In this document: in pieces, positions 38,314-47,731 of the stretch | Layout of the letters: every line of letters begins with the position of its first letter | Numbering within the stretch: the stretch's first letter is position 1 | Virus record (IMG/VR): IMGVR_UViG_3300046820_001014 | Coordinates: 1-64,000 of that record | DNA: 64,000 nt | DNA from: a virus | Strand: one strand, 5' to 3' | Position numbers and translations under genes: made by a program | Notes under the pieces: generated by a model | What the model was told of the DNA's origin: nothing | Seen by the model: only the letters and a program-made list of their open reading frames with translations | Databases searched by the model: none

Positions 38314-41307
38314 ATGGCAATACAAGGAACAGTACCAGTAGGAGGAAGTTTTGCTCCAACAGATCCAGCAGATAGTTTTGGAACTCACAATGATAAGTGG
38401 GGTATTGGTGGTTATAGAATAGTTAAGAATCTTGAAGATAGAGCCCTCATTCCTGTTAATGAAAGTGGATTACTAAACTTAGATGATCCTTTAGCTTCTG
38501 GTAGAAAGAAATTAGGTATGATGGTTTATGTCTCTGATGAGGCTAAATTTTATGTATTAACAATAGATACTGCTACTTGGGATGGTTATACAGAAGAAGA
38601 GAAAGTTACTGCACTTGCAGATGATACTAACTTTGTAGAGTTCTCAGGTGGAGGTGGTAGTGGTATTTTATATGGAACTACTACTTATGATGAAATTGAA
38701 ACTTATACTGTTACTGTAGATGGTATAGTATCTTCTTATGAAACAGGAGATTCTTATTTAATTAAGTTTAATGCTAATAATATTGGCAATACTAAACTAA
38801 ATATTAACGGTGTTGGAGAAATAAGAATGTATAAAGATGGTTCAAATACTTTCTTAGAAGCTGATGATATTATTGCTGATAAAATTTATCTTATTACTTA
38901 TGATGGTGAAAACTTTCAATTAGTAACTAGTGGTGGAGGTGGTACTGCAAATACTGGAAATATTAGATTTCAAGGTTCTTGGATTAAGAATGTAAATACA
39001 GGTAATATTTTTATTAGTCCTCAAGATGGAACTACATGGTTAACATTACCTAGTGATACACAAGCTTCTGCAGGATCTTATGTACAATTAGCTTCCTCAG
39101 ACCCTGATAGTGGAGGAGTTTATATAAGTACATTTGATACTTCTTGGCACAATTGGGAATTTAGACCTGATGGAACATTACATGCTCCAGGAAGAATAGC
39201 ATTTGGAGATATAAATTATCAGAGTATTGGTATAGGTAATGTTAATGCTCATGGAGGTTCTTATGGGATATCTTTATATTGCTCAATAGGCTATGAGTTA
39301 AATTGGCAAGGAGGTTTTCTTGCTGCTAGAGATCCTAATAGTCCTTATGATTTAAGACCTATATACTTAGACTCTTTACTTAAGTATACAACTCCAGAAG
39401 ATTACCCTACATTCTATGCAACATTTGATAATGATACTTTAATTACTCAAGGTTATTTAAATGCACAAGGTTATCTTATCTCTTTTACAGAGAGTGATCC
39501 TATTTACACAGATTCTTCTTGGTATAGTACTACTAACAACGCAGGTAATTGGGATACCGCTTATGGATGGGGCAATCATGCTAGTGCTGGTTATCTTACT
39601 GATGCACCTAGTGACACCAAAACTTATGGTAGAAAAGATGGTGCATGGTCAGAGGTAATTTCTGGAGGAGGTTCTGGAGATATGCTTAAATCTACATATG
39701 ATGTAGATAATGATGGAATTGTAGATAAGGCTGAGAGAATAGAAATTATAGTTAGAAACAGTACAGGTTCTACCTTAACAAAAGGTCAGATTGTATACTT
39801 AAGTGGAGCTACTGGTAATAGACCTAATGCTCTACTGGCAGATGCTAGTGATGAAGCAACTTCCTCTAAAACTATTGGAATGGTTGTAGCTGATATTTTA
39901 AATAATGCTGATGGTAATGTTGCTGTAAATGGAACTTTACATGATTTAGTTACTAACTCTTTTGCAGCTGGAGATACTCTTTGGTTAAGTACAACTGCAG
40001 GAGAAATGGTAGCTAATACTCCACCTGCAGAACCTAATCATACAGTATTTATTGGATATGTAGCAAGAGCTCATCCTACTCAAGGAAGAATAGTATTAGC
40101 TATTCAAAATGGGTATGAGTTAAATGAGTTACATGGAGTAGATTTAGTTACTAGTGCTCCTGTAGATGGAGATGTACTTGCTTTTGTAGGAAGCCCTACA
40201 AACTTATGGAGAAATATTTCATCTACTTCCCTCAGTCTAAGTGCTTCTAATCTTAATACTGGTACAGTTCCTCTTGATAGGTTGGGTACTAATTCTCCTA
40301 CAACTAATACATATTTAGCATGGGATAATACTTGGAGAACAGCAACAGCTTCTGGAACTATTGCTTCCGGTACAGCAAGAAGACTTGCTATATACACAAG
40401 TACTACAGGATTAGATGATACTTTAGATGCTGGTAATACTGCTATTGTAGTTGCAGCACATGCTACAGGTAGAGTTTATACTATTGATAATGTTGGAGCT
40501 GCTGCTTCATTTGTAATGACTCAAGGTACTCAAAGTATTGTAGGAACAAAATCATTTACTGGTAGTGCAGGTCCTTTACAATTTACTCAAATAGGAGTTG
40601 GTACATTTACTGCTCCTGCTATTGGAGCAACACCATCTGCTGGAACAAGAATAGTTATAGCTCCTGGAGATGCTTCTAATATAGCTCTCTCATTAGGTTG
40701 GACCACTAATTATGAGTATTGGATAGCAGGAAGAAATATTATATCTTTTTATCCAAGAAATCAAACTTCATCTGTAGGTGCTTTTGAGTATGTTCTTAGT
40801 ACAGCAGGTACAACAGGTCTTACTCTTACTACTGCATATGGTGTTGCCCCAGCATTGAGAACACTTGGTTGGTTACATGTAGCAGGAGCAACTACTGGAG
40901 CTGTACCTACTCTTACAACTGCAAGAAGTGTTGGTACTAAAATTATTTTAAGAGATTCTTTCCTTGCTTCTACTAATTTAGATGCTGCTATAGGTACAGT
41001 TGATGAGCAAGTTGGATCAAGTTTTGCTACCTTATGGTTTACTGCTCCAAGAGATATTACTTTTTATACAAACAGTGGTACAACAGAAAGATTTAGAATT
41101 AATAGTACAGGTTTAAGTTACAATACAACAAAGATTTTAGGTTCTAGAATTACAGGTTGGGGAACTCCAGGAGGTACATTAACAAGGGCAACTATAGCAG
41201 CAGATAGTGCATTAGCTACACCTACACAAGCTGAATTTAATGCATTAGCTCAAAATGTTAGAGCTTTAATAACAGATTTAAGAACTCATGGATTAATAGG
41301 AACATAA
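38314..41307 (+). CDS. Modular tail fibre / receptor-binding protein
   Basis: Gly linkers, 'WDTAYGWGNHA' motif, foldon-like 'GYLTDAPSDTKTYGRKDGAW', 'ERFRI', C-terminal 'LITDLRTHGLI'. Confidence 0.75.
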   Translation: MAIQGTVPVGGSFAPTDPADSFGTHNDKWGIGGYRIVKNLEDRALIPVNESGLLNLDDPLASGRKKLGMMVYVSDEAKFYVLTIDTATWDGYTEEEKVTALADDTNFVEFSGGGGSGILYGTTTYDEIETYTVTVDGIVSSYETGDSYLIKFNANNIGNTKLNINGVGEIRMYKDGSNTFLEADDIIADKIYLITYDGENFQLVTSGGGGTANTGNIRFQGSWIKNVNTGNIFISPQDGTTWLTLPSDTQASAGSYVQLASSDPDSGGVYISTFDTSWHNWEFRPDGTLHAPGRIAFGDINYQSIGIGNVNAHGGSYGISLYCSIGYELNWQGGFLAARDPNSPYDLRPIYLDSLLKYTTPEDYPTFYATFDNDTLITQGYLNAQGYLISFTESDPIYTDSSWYSTTNNAGNWDTAYGWGNHASAGYLTDAPSDTKTYGRKDGAWSEVISGGGSGDMLKSTYDVDNDGIVDKAERIEIIVRNSTGSTLTKGQIVYLSGATGNRPNALLADASDEATSSKTIGMVVADILNNADGNVAVNGTLHDLVTNSFAAGDTLWLSTTAGEMVANTPPAEPNHTVFIGYVARAHPTQGRIVLAIQNGYELNELHGVDLVTSAPVDGDVLAFVGSPTNLWRNISSTSLSLSASNLNTGTVPLDRLGTNSPTTNTYLAWDNTWRTATASGTIASGTARRLAIYTSTTGLDDTLDAGNTAIVVAAHATGRVYTIDNVGAAASFVMTQGTQSIVGTKSFTGSAGPLQFTQIGVGTFTAPAIGATPSAGTRIVIAPGDASNIALSLGWTTNYEYWIAGRNIISFYPRNQTSSVGAFEYVLSTAGTTGLTLTTAYGVAPALRTLGWLHVAGATTGAVPTLTTARSVGTKIILRDSFLASTNLDAAIGTVDEQVGSSFATLWFTAPRDITFYTNSGTTERFRINSTGLSYNTTKILGSRITGWGTPGGTLTRATIAADSALATPTQAEFNALAQNVRALITDLRTHGLIGT

Positions 41308-41311
41308 AATT

Positions 41312-41671
41312 ATGATATACAATATAAGTGATGAGCCTACATATGGCTTTAAAAGAAAAGTAGAATTATCTCAAATATATATAGGGTTTCAAGATTTTGT
41401 AGATAAATCTGTTAGTCTAGCTTTTGTGGTAAATTATTATGAAGAGGATGGAACTACCCTTATTACTCTTATTCCTAAAAAACAAGTGATTCTTAGAGCA
41501 GATGAAAGTACTTGGGTAAATTCAAATGGAACTATTGTACCAGAAGGAGACCCTACTGCAGTAATGACTGAGTATGATTTCTTTATAATGTTAATGAATG
41601 TACCTATAGTAATCTCTGATATTGTAGAGGCTAAGGTAGCTTGGGCAGATAACTTAGGTAGATTTAATTAG
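41312..41671 (+). CDS. Hypothetical protein, possible fibre chaperone
   Basis: Small acidic ORF directly after the fibre gene. Confidence 0.4.
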   Translation: MIYNISDEPTYGFKRKVELSQIYIGFQDFVDKSVSLAFVVNYYEEDGTTLITLIPKKQVILRADESTWVNSNGTIVPEGDPTAVMTEYDFFIMLMNVPIVISDIVEAKVAWADNLGRFN

Positions 41672-41672
41672 T

Positions 41673-42140
41673 ATGAAAGATTGGAGCATTATATTAGTTA
41701 AGAATACTAAAGGTAATATACTACAAGTAGTATACTGGTGGCTTATAAGGTTATGTACAGGGGCTAATTATAATCATGCTCAATTAGTTAGAAAACTTAA
41801 TGGTAGATTATATATCTGTGAGAGTGAGGTAACTGGTTTTAGAGTAACTAAACCTCTTGAGCAGTGGTACTTAGAACAAGAAACTAAACAAAGAGTTTAC
41901 TTAGTTATAGATCTACCAAACCCATCAATTACTAGATTTAATGAGGTACTTGGTAATAAGTATGATTTAGGTTATTGGATATATCTTACAAAAAGATTCT
42001 CAGATATGAAGAGTAGTAATTGTTTTCAAAGTATTTCTTATATCTTTGGGCTTGAAAAGTATTGGATAGCAACAGCTAATACTCTATTAGACTCGTATAA
42101 TAATTTAAATAATATACAACATGACAACAAAGACATTTGA
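41673..42140 (+). CDS. Permuted papain-like (NlpC/P60, YiiX-like) enzyme
   Basis: His before Cys: 'YNHAQL', 'CES', 'KYD', 'NCFQ'. Confidence 0.55.
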   Translation: MKDWSIILVKNTKGNILQVVYWWLIRLCTGANYNHAQLVRKLNGRLYICESEVTGFRVTKPLEQWYLEQETKQRVYLVIDLPNPSITRFNEVLGNKYDLGYWIYLTKRFSDMKSSNCFQSISYIFGLEKYWIATANTLLDSYNNLNNIQHDNKDI

Positions 42141-42429
42141 TTTGACTAAGGGTGAAGCTTACATCCTGTTTACTGCAGTAATGGGTATTTCTGCTAGAAA
42201 CAAACAAGAAACTTTTCTAACCTATGATCTGAGTGTAAAGTTCCTCTCTATTAAGAAAGCTTTACAACTTACTATGGATGCTTTAGAGGAAGCTAAGGTT
42301 ACAGTTAATGAAGTATTTTCTGATGAGACACTTACAGAGTATAGTTTACCTACATTCTCTGAAGATGAATTGAAAGTTTTTATCAAAGGGCCAGATGAGT
42401 TGGAAGCATTTGAGAAACTAGTCAGTTAA
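42121..42429 (+). CDS. Hypothetical protein
   Basis: ORF preceded by CGTATAA (42094-42100). Confidence 0.5.
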   Translation: MTTKTFDLTKGEAYILFTAVMGISARNKQETFLTYDLSVKFLSIKKALQLTMDALEEAKVTVNEVFSDETLTEYSLPTFSEDELKVFIKGPDELEAFEKLVS

Positions 42430-42445
42430 AAAAAACTCCACGTCT

Positions 42446-42868
42446 ATGCAACTATTCCAAGATAATGATTTAGGACCTCTAGCTATACTAGCAACTACTT
42501 TAGTTTCTCTTGGAATAGTTACTAGTATATTCTTATCTCCTGTTGGACAAAAGGTTTACATTGATAAGAATCTAAATATCTCTAAAGATACTATAGTACA
42601 AGAGAGTAGTAGATGGTATTATACTTCTGATTCTAGTAATAAAGAGATTAAAATTAGTGTATATAAAGATAAGACAGGTACTCCTTATGAGGAGGTATAT
42701 ATACAACCTGATGATTATGTAGATTTACATCTAAAAAATGGTGTAAATATTATGCATATAAGAACTTTAGGTAGCTATCCATTCGTATATAAGAGGTATA
42801 AAATCCTTCAATATAAAGAAGAAAAAGTACCCAACTCTTATAAATTAAAACACATAATAGACAAATGA
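42446..42868 (+). CDS. Membrane-anchored hypothetical protein
   Basis: Single N-terminal transmembrane helix. Confidence 0.5.
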   Translation: MQLFQDNDLGPLAILATTLVSLGIVTSIFLSPVGQKVYIDKNLNISKDTIVQESSRWYYTSDSSNKEIKISVYKDKTGTPYEEVYIQPDDYVDLHLKNGVNIMHIRTLGSYPFVYKRYKILQYKEEKVPNSYKLKHIIDK

Positions 42869-43227
42869 CTGGTTTAGAATCATTAGTATTAATTGGTAAA
42901 ATAATTACTCCACTTATAGTACTAGGACTTAGTACAGCTATTAAATTCCTCTGGGATATTAAAATAAACTCTAAACAAGTACAAGAAGAGTTTCATAACT
43001 TTAAGATACAATTTACATCAGAAATCTCTTCTATTAAGAATAAGATTGATGTGCTAGATAGCAAGACAAGAGATTCTTATACCAAGTCTGATAGTGATAA
43101 CAGATTACTTCTATTAGAGAATAAGTTGATGAAGGAGATGACAGATCAATTTACCAAGCTTAGAGATTTGATTTATTCTACATTAAATAGAAGTAAACAA
43201 ACCTCCAAACCTGATAAGGTTGATTAG
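42865..43227 (+). CDS. Membrane protein with coiled coil (holin/anti-holin-like)
   Basis: N-terminal transmembrane helix plus heptads; last gene on the + arm. Confidence 0.45.
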   Translation: MTGLESLVLIGKIITPLIVLGLSTAIKFLWDIKINSKQVQEEFHNFKIQFTSEISSIKNKIDVLDSKTRDSYTKSDSDNRLLLLENKLMKEMTDQFTKLRDLIYSTLNRSKQTSKPDKVD

Positions 43228-43916
43228 TTATTCCAAGCTTCTAAAGTATATTGAAAAGGGTTCCCCTCAATAAACTTAACTAAGTTTAACATTTCTTGTG
43301 CTATCTCTCTAATTTCTAATTGAGCATGCTCACTATTCCTAAGTTTTAAGAAGTTAGCAAAGCTTCTCATATTAAATTGCACATCAGCTTGTATTTGAGA
43401 GTTATAAGTTTTAAAGTATCTAGCAGATTCTTTAGCTCTCTTTCTACCAATAATTGGAGTAAGATCTTCTAATGCTTTATGATATAAAGAATTACCAATT
43501 CTAGTATAGTTATCTAGTAACTCCATCCAACTAACACTTCCCCAATTAGCATCTACTTGAGTACCAATATAATTCATATTATGATGTTTTTCATCTACAA
43601 GAACATCTTTCCAATCTTCAGGTAAATAATACTTATCTTCCTTCAACTCTTTATACCTAGCACTTTCAGCGTTAATAGAGGCTATTCTATGCTTTAGTAA
43701 ATGAATATGAGATGCAATATCACAATTAACTAAGAAGTGTACAGAACCTTTTTCAAAAGGTGTTTCATGACCATTACTCCACAGTGAGTTAATTAATGCT
43801 GGTATTCTAGCTTTCTTATCTTCTGTAAGTTCTCTACTAGTACTTGTCCAAGCTGAGCAAGCTATTGTAGTGTCATCCCCGTAGTAACCTAACAAAATTA
43901 CTGTATTTTTATTCAT
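43224..43916 (-). CDS. thyX: Flavin-dependent thymidylate synthase
   Basis: 'GHETPFE', 'KHRIASINAESARY', 'NFLKLRNSEHAQLEIR'. Confidence 0.92.
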   Translation of the reverse strand: MNKNTVILLGYYGDDTTIACSAWTSTSRELTEDKKARIPALINSLWSNGHETPFEKGSVHFLVNCDIASHIHLLKHRIASINAESARYKELKEDKYYLPEDWKDVLVDEKHHNMNYIGTQVDANWGSVSWMELLDNYTRIGNSLYHKALEDLTPIIGRKRAKESARYFKTYNSQIQADVQFNMRSFANFLKLRNSEHAQLEIREIAQEMLNLVKFIEGNPFQYTLEAWNN

Positions 43917-44472
43917 TGATATAATATTTTTTATTTGTTTTATTAAATTTAATTACACCTAACTCAATAAGTTTAAATGCAATTTCTTGTAATTGGTTGT
44001 GTAAATTTTTATGTTCTATTTCATTATTATATAATAATAAATTATCTAAATCATTATTTAATTTATTACCATCAATATGGTGAATACCTTCTCCAGAACC
44101 TTTAGAATTTCTATTTAATTTTCTACCTAAAAATTCTTCCATAATATATACATGTTCTAATTTATAACAAGACCAACCACTAGTATTGCTAGATATATCA
44201 CCTGTTTGTATATATTTATAACCTCTTCCAGAAATGTATTCTCCTTTACCAGTTCTAAATATATGTTTAGGCTTATAAGAATGCTTTAATCCTTTAGCAA
44301 AAGAATTTCCAAAATGCTTTTTAAAACTTTCTCTATTTAAATAGAAAGTTCTTTTTGCTCTTAATTGTATTGCATCCCAAGTTCTGTTTGGTAATAAATC
44401 TAAAAGCTCTTCTTTACTTAAAGTTTCGTAATTTAATTTTAAAATATTATCTTCTATCGTTGTCCATTTCAT
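43909..44472 (-). CDS. HNH homing endonuclease
   Basis: 'EHVYIMEEFLGR', 'IHHIDGNKLNNDLDNL'; Myb-like N-terminus. Confidence 0.85.
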   Translation of the reverse strand: MKWTTIEDNILKLNYETLSKEELLDLLPNRTWDAIQLRAKRTFYLNRESFKKHFGNSFAKGLKHSYKPKHIFRTGKGEYISGRGYKYIQTGDISSNTSGWSCYKLEHVYIMEEFLGRKLNRNSKGSGEGIHHIDGNKLNNDLDNLLLYNNEIEHKNLHNQLQEIAFKLIELGVIKFNKTNKKYYINE

Positions 44473-44501
44473 ATATTTGATTTTTATACAAATATATGAA
44501 A
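44467..44501 (-). promoter_or_regulatory. Perfect 13-bp hairpin covering the HNH start codon; contains a Bacteroidota -7 element (TATATTTG)
   Basis: TTTCATATATTTG-9 nt-CAAATATATGAAA. Confidence 0.7.
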
Positions 44502-44509
44502 ATTATGGT

Positions 44510-44572
44510 TCAAATAAAAGCTATAACCTCATCAGAACCATAATATCCTAATAACTCTACTTTATTTCTCAT
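44510..44572 (-). pseudogene. Orphaned thyX 5' fragment
   Basis: Encodes MRNKVELLGYYGSDEVIAFI*, against the thyX start MNKNTVILLGYYGDDTTIA; ATGA overlap with the upstream gene. Confidence 0.8.
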
Positions 44573-44844
44573 AATTTAGTTTGATAAACAATTATTGTTT
44601 TTTCTACAGGTTCTACTTCAGTTAAATCAGAATCAATATCATCTTCTTTTAATCCAGCACCTATCCATTGATCATAACCAAAGTTATAGAATTTACCTTC
44701 TATACTTTTAATAATTACTACATGTGGATTAAAATCTCCATCATCTATATAATCATTAACTAAAGTATCTTGAATTATTTCAAATCCTTCAATTTCTCTT
44801 TCATCTATAAATTGTTCTATTTGTTCTTTTGTTAATTTTCTCAT
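44569..44844 (-). CDS. Hypothetical acidic protein
   Basis: ORF coupled to both neighbours by ATGA overlaps. Confidence 0.55.
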   Translation of the reverse strand: MRKLTKEQIEQFIDEREIEGFEIIQDTLVNDYIDDGDFNPHVVIIKSIEGKFYNFGYDQWIGAGLKEDDIDSDLTEVEPVEKTIIVYQTKL

Positions 44845-45638
44845 TCTATTATTTTAAAGTGTTGTAACATCTTTTTTACTTCTTCAATTAATTCTTCAAG
44901 TGATCCGTTATTTTCAATGACATAATCAAAAGCATAATCATCTAATTCATTTTCACTAGGATGAACAGGAATTCCATCAGGGAAAGAAATGTTTGAGTTG
45001 TAAAAAGTTTGTGTTTCAAAATGTCTATTAACTCTAACACAAATACCTCCTCTATCCTTAATAGCTTGATACTCATTAGGAAATCTAAGATCTGTTATAA
45101 TCCATCTACTAGGATTACGCTCACTCATCTTCTGAGGTTTCCAATCAGCAAATAGAGCATTAACCCACACATTAGGATGAAGATTATTTCTCATTGCTTC
45201 TGTACCTACTTTTTGAAGAAGTTCTCTTATTGTAATATTAACTTCTCTAGTTATGTCTGCATAATAATCAGCATATCTATCACAAGCATCTTTATTTGAG
45301 AATACTACTTCTTGTAAATTAGAGTTACGTGTTTTCCATAACCTCCATTCTTCACCAAGATTAGTCATTTTAAACTCTTGGTCTTCAAACTTCTCAATAG
45401 AAATGCCTGTAAGAATAGATGCTATTTGTTTTAATTTACCTGCAAACTTTTTGATCTGCCACCTATTATTTATATCTAATCCTCCAACTTCTAACCAATC
45501 ATTATACTCATTTAAAATGGTACTATTAGTATCATATTTATTTTTAATAGTTTCAAATTCAATAAGAAAATCAATTATCTTACCAACCGTATCTTTACCA
45601 CTACCCATCTTCCCTGAGATGCCTATTAAGTTATTCAT
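44841..45638 (-). CDS. Deoxynucleoside monophosphate kinase
   Basis: 'GISGKMGSGKDT', 'RELLQKVGTE', 'ITDLRFPNE', 'HPSE'. Confidence 0.88.
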   Translation of the reverse strand: MNNLIGISGKMGSGKDTVGKIIDFLIEFETIKNKYDTNSTILNEYNDWLEVGGLDINNRWQIKKFAGKLKQIASILTGISIEKFEDQEFKMTNLGEEWRLWKTRNSNLQEVVFSNKDACDRYADYYADITREVNITIRELLQKVGTEAMRNNLHPNVWVNALFADWKPQKMSERNPSRWIITDLRFPNEYQAIKDRGGICVRVNRHFETQTFYNSNISFPDGIPVHPSENELDDYAFDYVIENNGSLEELIEEVKKMLQHFKIIE

Positions 45639-45879
45639 CTTTTAATTTTTCAATTTTATAAGTACTATATGTAGTCTTAAATATACCTTCTTCATTTAAA
45701 GGTTCTGTAACTATAGATGTATCTAATATATCCCACATTCTTTTACCGTAAACTACAAATCTTTCCCCTACTGTAGGTGGAGTTTTGTATTCTCCAATAA
45801 AAGTATATCCTTCATTTACACCATTAGGGTGATTATTATTAAATACATCATCTGTTATTTTAGTTACTTTTACTTTCAT
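45631..45879 (-). CDS. Hypothetical protein
   Basis: ORF within the co-oriented operon. Confidence 0.5.
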   Translation of the reverse strand: MKVKVTKITDDVFNNNHPNGVNEGYTFIGEYKTPPTVGERFVVYGKRMWDILDTSIVTEPLNEEGIFKTTYSTYKIEKLKDE

Positions 45880-45881
45880 AA

Positions 45882-46517
45882 TTATTTATCATATCTAATT
45901 CTTACAAATCTAGGATGTCTAAATTTACCATCTGGTGTTAATTGCATACATTCTACTTCTAAAGTTTCTCCTATTATATCTTTATTAAAATATAAAACTC
46001 TTTCTTCATCATTTAATCCTGTACCTACATTACCCATTTCAGTAATAAACCCTCCTAGTTTACCTGCTAATCTACCTTTACCTTCAAATATATTTAGTAT
46101 CTTAACATCATAAGTTTCTTCATTCTTAACTTTTAATCTTTTATCTCCTTGTCTAAGAATTAATCCTTCATGTCCTAAGTTATGATATTTATTAAATAGT
46201 GAAGTTATAAACTCTTTAGATGGATTTATATACTCTCCTATTAATAATCTATCATCTATTTCTGGAGAAAGAGTATAAACATGTTCTGATAATATAGTTT
46301 TTTCTTTAGTAAAAGTTCTAACATTTTCTATTGTAGTTTTAAAACTACCACAAAATATTTCAGCTACTTCAAAATCTAAATCTGGTATATTATATAAAGG
46401 TTTATTTTTTCTACTAATATATTGACCATCTATTTTATGACATCTTACACCATCTATCTTAATAGATATTTCCCAACTACCTTTTAAATCTTCTTTTTCC
46501 CAAAGTTTAAATTTCAT
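45882..46517 (-). CDS. Minimal ATP-dependent DNA ligase
   Basis: KIDGVR (motif I), EGLIL, LKVK, GTG, RHPRF. Confidence 0.85.
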   Translation of the reverse strand: MKFKLWEKEDLKGSWEISIKIDGVRCHKIDGQYISRKNKPLYNIPDLDFEVAEIFCGSFKTTIENVRTFTKEKTILSEHVYTLSPEIDDRLLIGEYINPSKEFITSLFNKYHNLGHEGLILRQGDKRLKVKNEETYDVKILNIFEGKGRLAGKLGGFITEMGNVGTGLNDEERVLYFNKDIIGETLEVECMQLTPDGKFRHPRFVRIRYDK

Positions 46518-46535
46518 TTATTTTAATTTTATAAC

Positions 46536-46853
46536 TTAAGTATAGCGTTTATTAGTGCCTTCTACATTTCTAGCAACTCCATCAGCAGTCCTTTTATTTA
46601 ACCACAATAAAGCTTCGTCTAATTTAGTAATAGCAATACTATTTTCTCTACAAGGAAACTTACCATTTAAATAATTAAGTCTATTAATAAGAACTGCTAA
46701 GAGTTCTTCATTAGTAGTACCATCATTTACAGTAATAAGTTCTGTAGAACCTTCTTGTTTAGGTTGTTTTTCAATAAATTGAATTGTTTGTCCATTACTA
46801 GAATTTTCAAAATTCTTGGCAATATATTTATGCCCTTCTGTTAGTATAATCAT
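46536..46853 (-). CDS. tad1: Tad1-like immune-signal sponge (anti-Thoeris/anti-CBASS)
   Basis: 'LL..LINRL...FPCRENSIAITKLDEALLWLNKR..D...RNVEGT' follows the Tad1 C-terminal pattern (RL..F.SRENA.A.T..EEAL.W...R..DR..RNV.GT). Confidence 0.75.
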   Translation of the reverse strand: MIILTEGHKYIAKNFENSSNGQTIQFIEKQPKQEGSTELITVNDGTTNEELLAVLINRLNYLNGKFPCRENSIAITKLDEALLWLNKRTADGVARNVEGTNKRYT

Positions 46854-46857
46854 AATT

Positions 46858-47340
46858 TTATTGTTTTAAATCATTCCAATTAGGTTCAAAGAAGTTAATA
46901 CCTTTAAGTACCTTATTATCTACAGTTCTTTTAATAATAAACTTACCATCAGGTAACTGAGTATAGTAAGTAGATATTTCTTTATCTGTATAAGCTTTAA
47001 CACTCCTTACAGCTTCTTCTTCAGTAAGACAAAGCTTACTCATATTACTAGTATACACTCTATCTATAAGCATCTCTGGATCTAATCCATGAATCATAGC
47101 TGCTTGAGTAACTACAAAGTATAAATCTCCTATAGCATCAGCAATTCCTGCTAAATTAGGTTTATATATTTGATCAGTATTATTAGAAGCTGTATATAAT
47201 TCATCTAAAAGCTCATTAGTTTCTTCTTGAATTAATCTCCAAGCTAATTCTGCTTCTTCTTCAGTAGTTACTTGTGGAGTATTTCTATTTGGCAATCCAA
47301 AACAAGAACGCCAATTTTTTATCTTATTTATTCCAGTCAT
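46858..47340 (-). CDS. MazG-like nucleotide pyrophosphohydrolase
   Basis: 'LIQEETNEL', 'ADAIGDL', 'SNMSK', 'KVLKG'. Confidence 0.8.
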   Translation of the reverse strand: MTGINKIKNWRSCFGLPNRNTPQVTTEEEAELAWRLIQEETNELLDELYTASNNTDQIYKPNLAGIADAIGDLYFVVTQAAMIHGLDPEMLIDRVYTSNMSKLCLTEEEAVRSVKAYTDKEISTYYTQLPDGKFIIKRTVDNKVLKGINFFEPNWNDLKQ

Positions 47341-47731
47341 TTTTTAATCTGTTTTCTAATTCATAAATAAATATTAAATGATAAGCTACCCATTGATTAC
47401 TTGCAGTAGCTTTATTCTCTGCAAGATTTTCAGTAAAGTATCTAAGGATACCTGCAATGTGAGGAGTAGTAAGATCTTTAAGAGGTTTATAAACAGTCTC
47501 AGGAAGCCTATTATTAAACTCATCATAGTTCTGTCCCCATATAAAGACTTCTCTTATCTCAGGCATCAAGTCATAAATAGTACTTTCCTTTAAGTTACCT
47601 ACAACTCTAGTATAATCAAAACCTCCATCTATTAAGATAAAGTTACCTTCATCATCAGTATCTTCTTTAAAATCATGTCTATGGAAAGAAAATAACTTTC
47701 CATTTTTATTCTCTACATATCCTATTCTCAT
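47324..47731 (-). CDS. Hypothetical protein
   Basis: 'RHDF..IDGGFDY' motif; overlaps both neighbours. Confidence 0.5.
   Translation of the reverse strand: MRIGYVENKNGKLFSFHRHDFKEDTDDEGNFILIDGGFDYTRVVGNLKESTIYDLMPEIREVFIWGQNYDEFNNRLPETVYKPLKDLTTPHIAGILRYFTENLAENKATASNQWVAYHLIFIYELENRLKNDWNK

Noticed and set aside
38314-41671. Diversity-generating retroelement targeting the tail fibre
   Set aside because: No reverse transcriptase in the window and no TR/VR-like repeat pair noticed.
43909-44572. Group I intron in thyX
   Set aside because: Only about 40 nt of non-coding sequence flank the HNH gene, too little for a ribozyme core, and downstream thyX has its own complete N-terminus.
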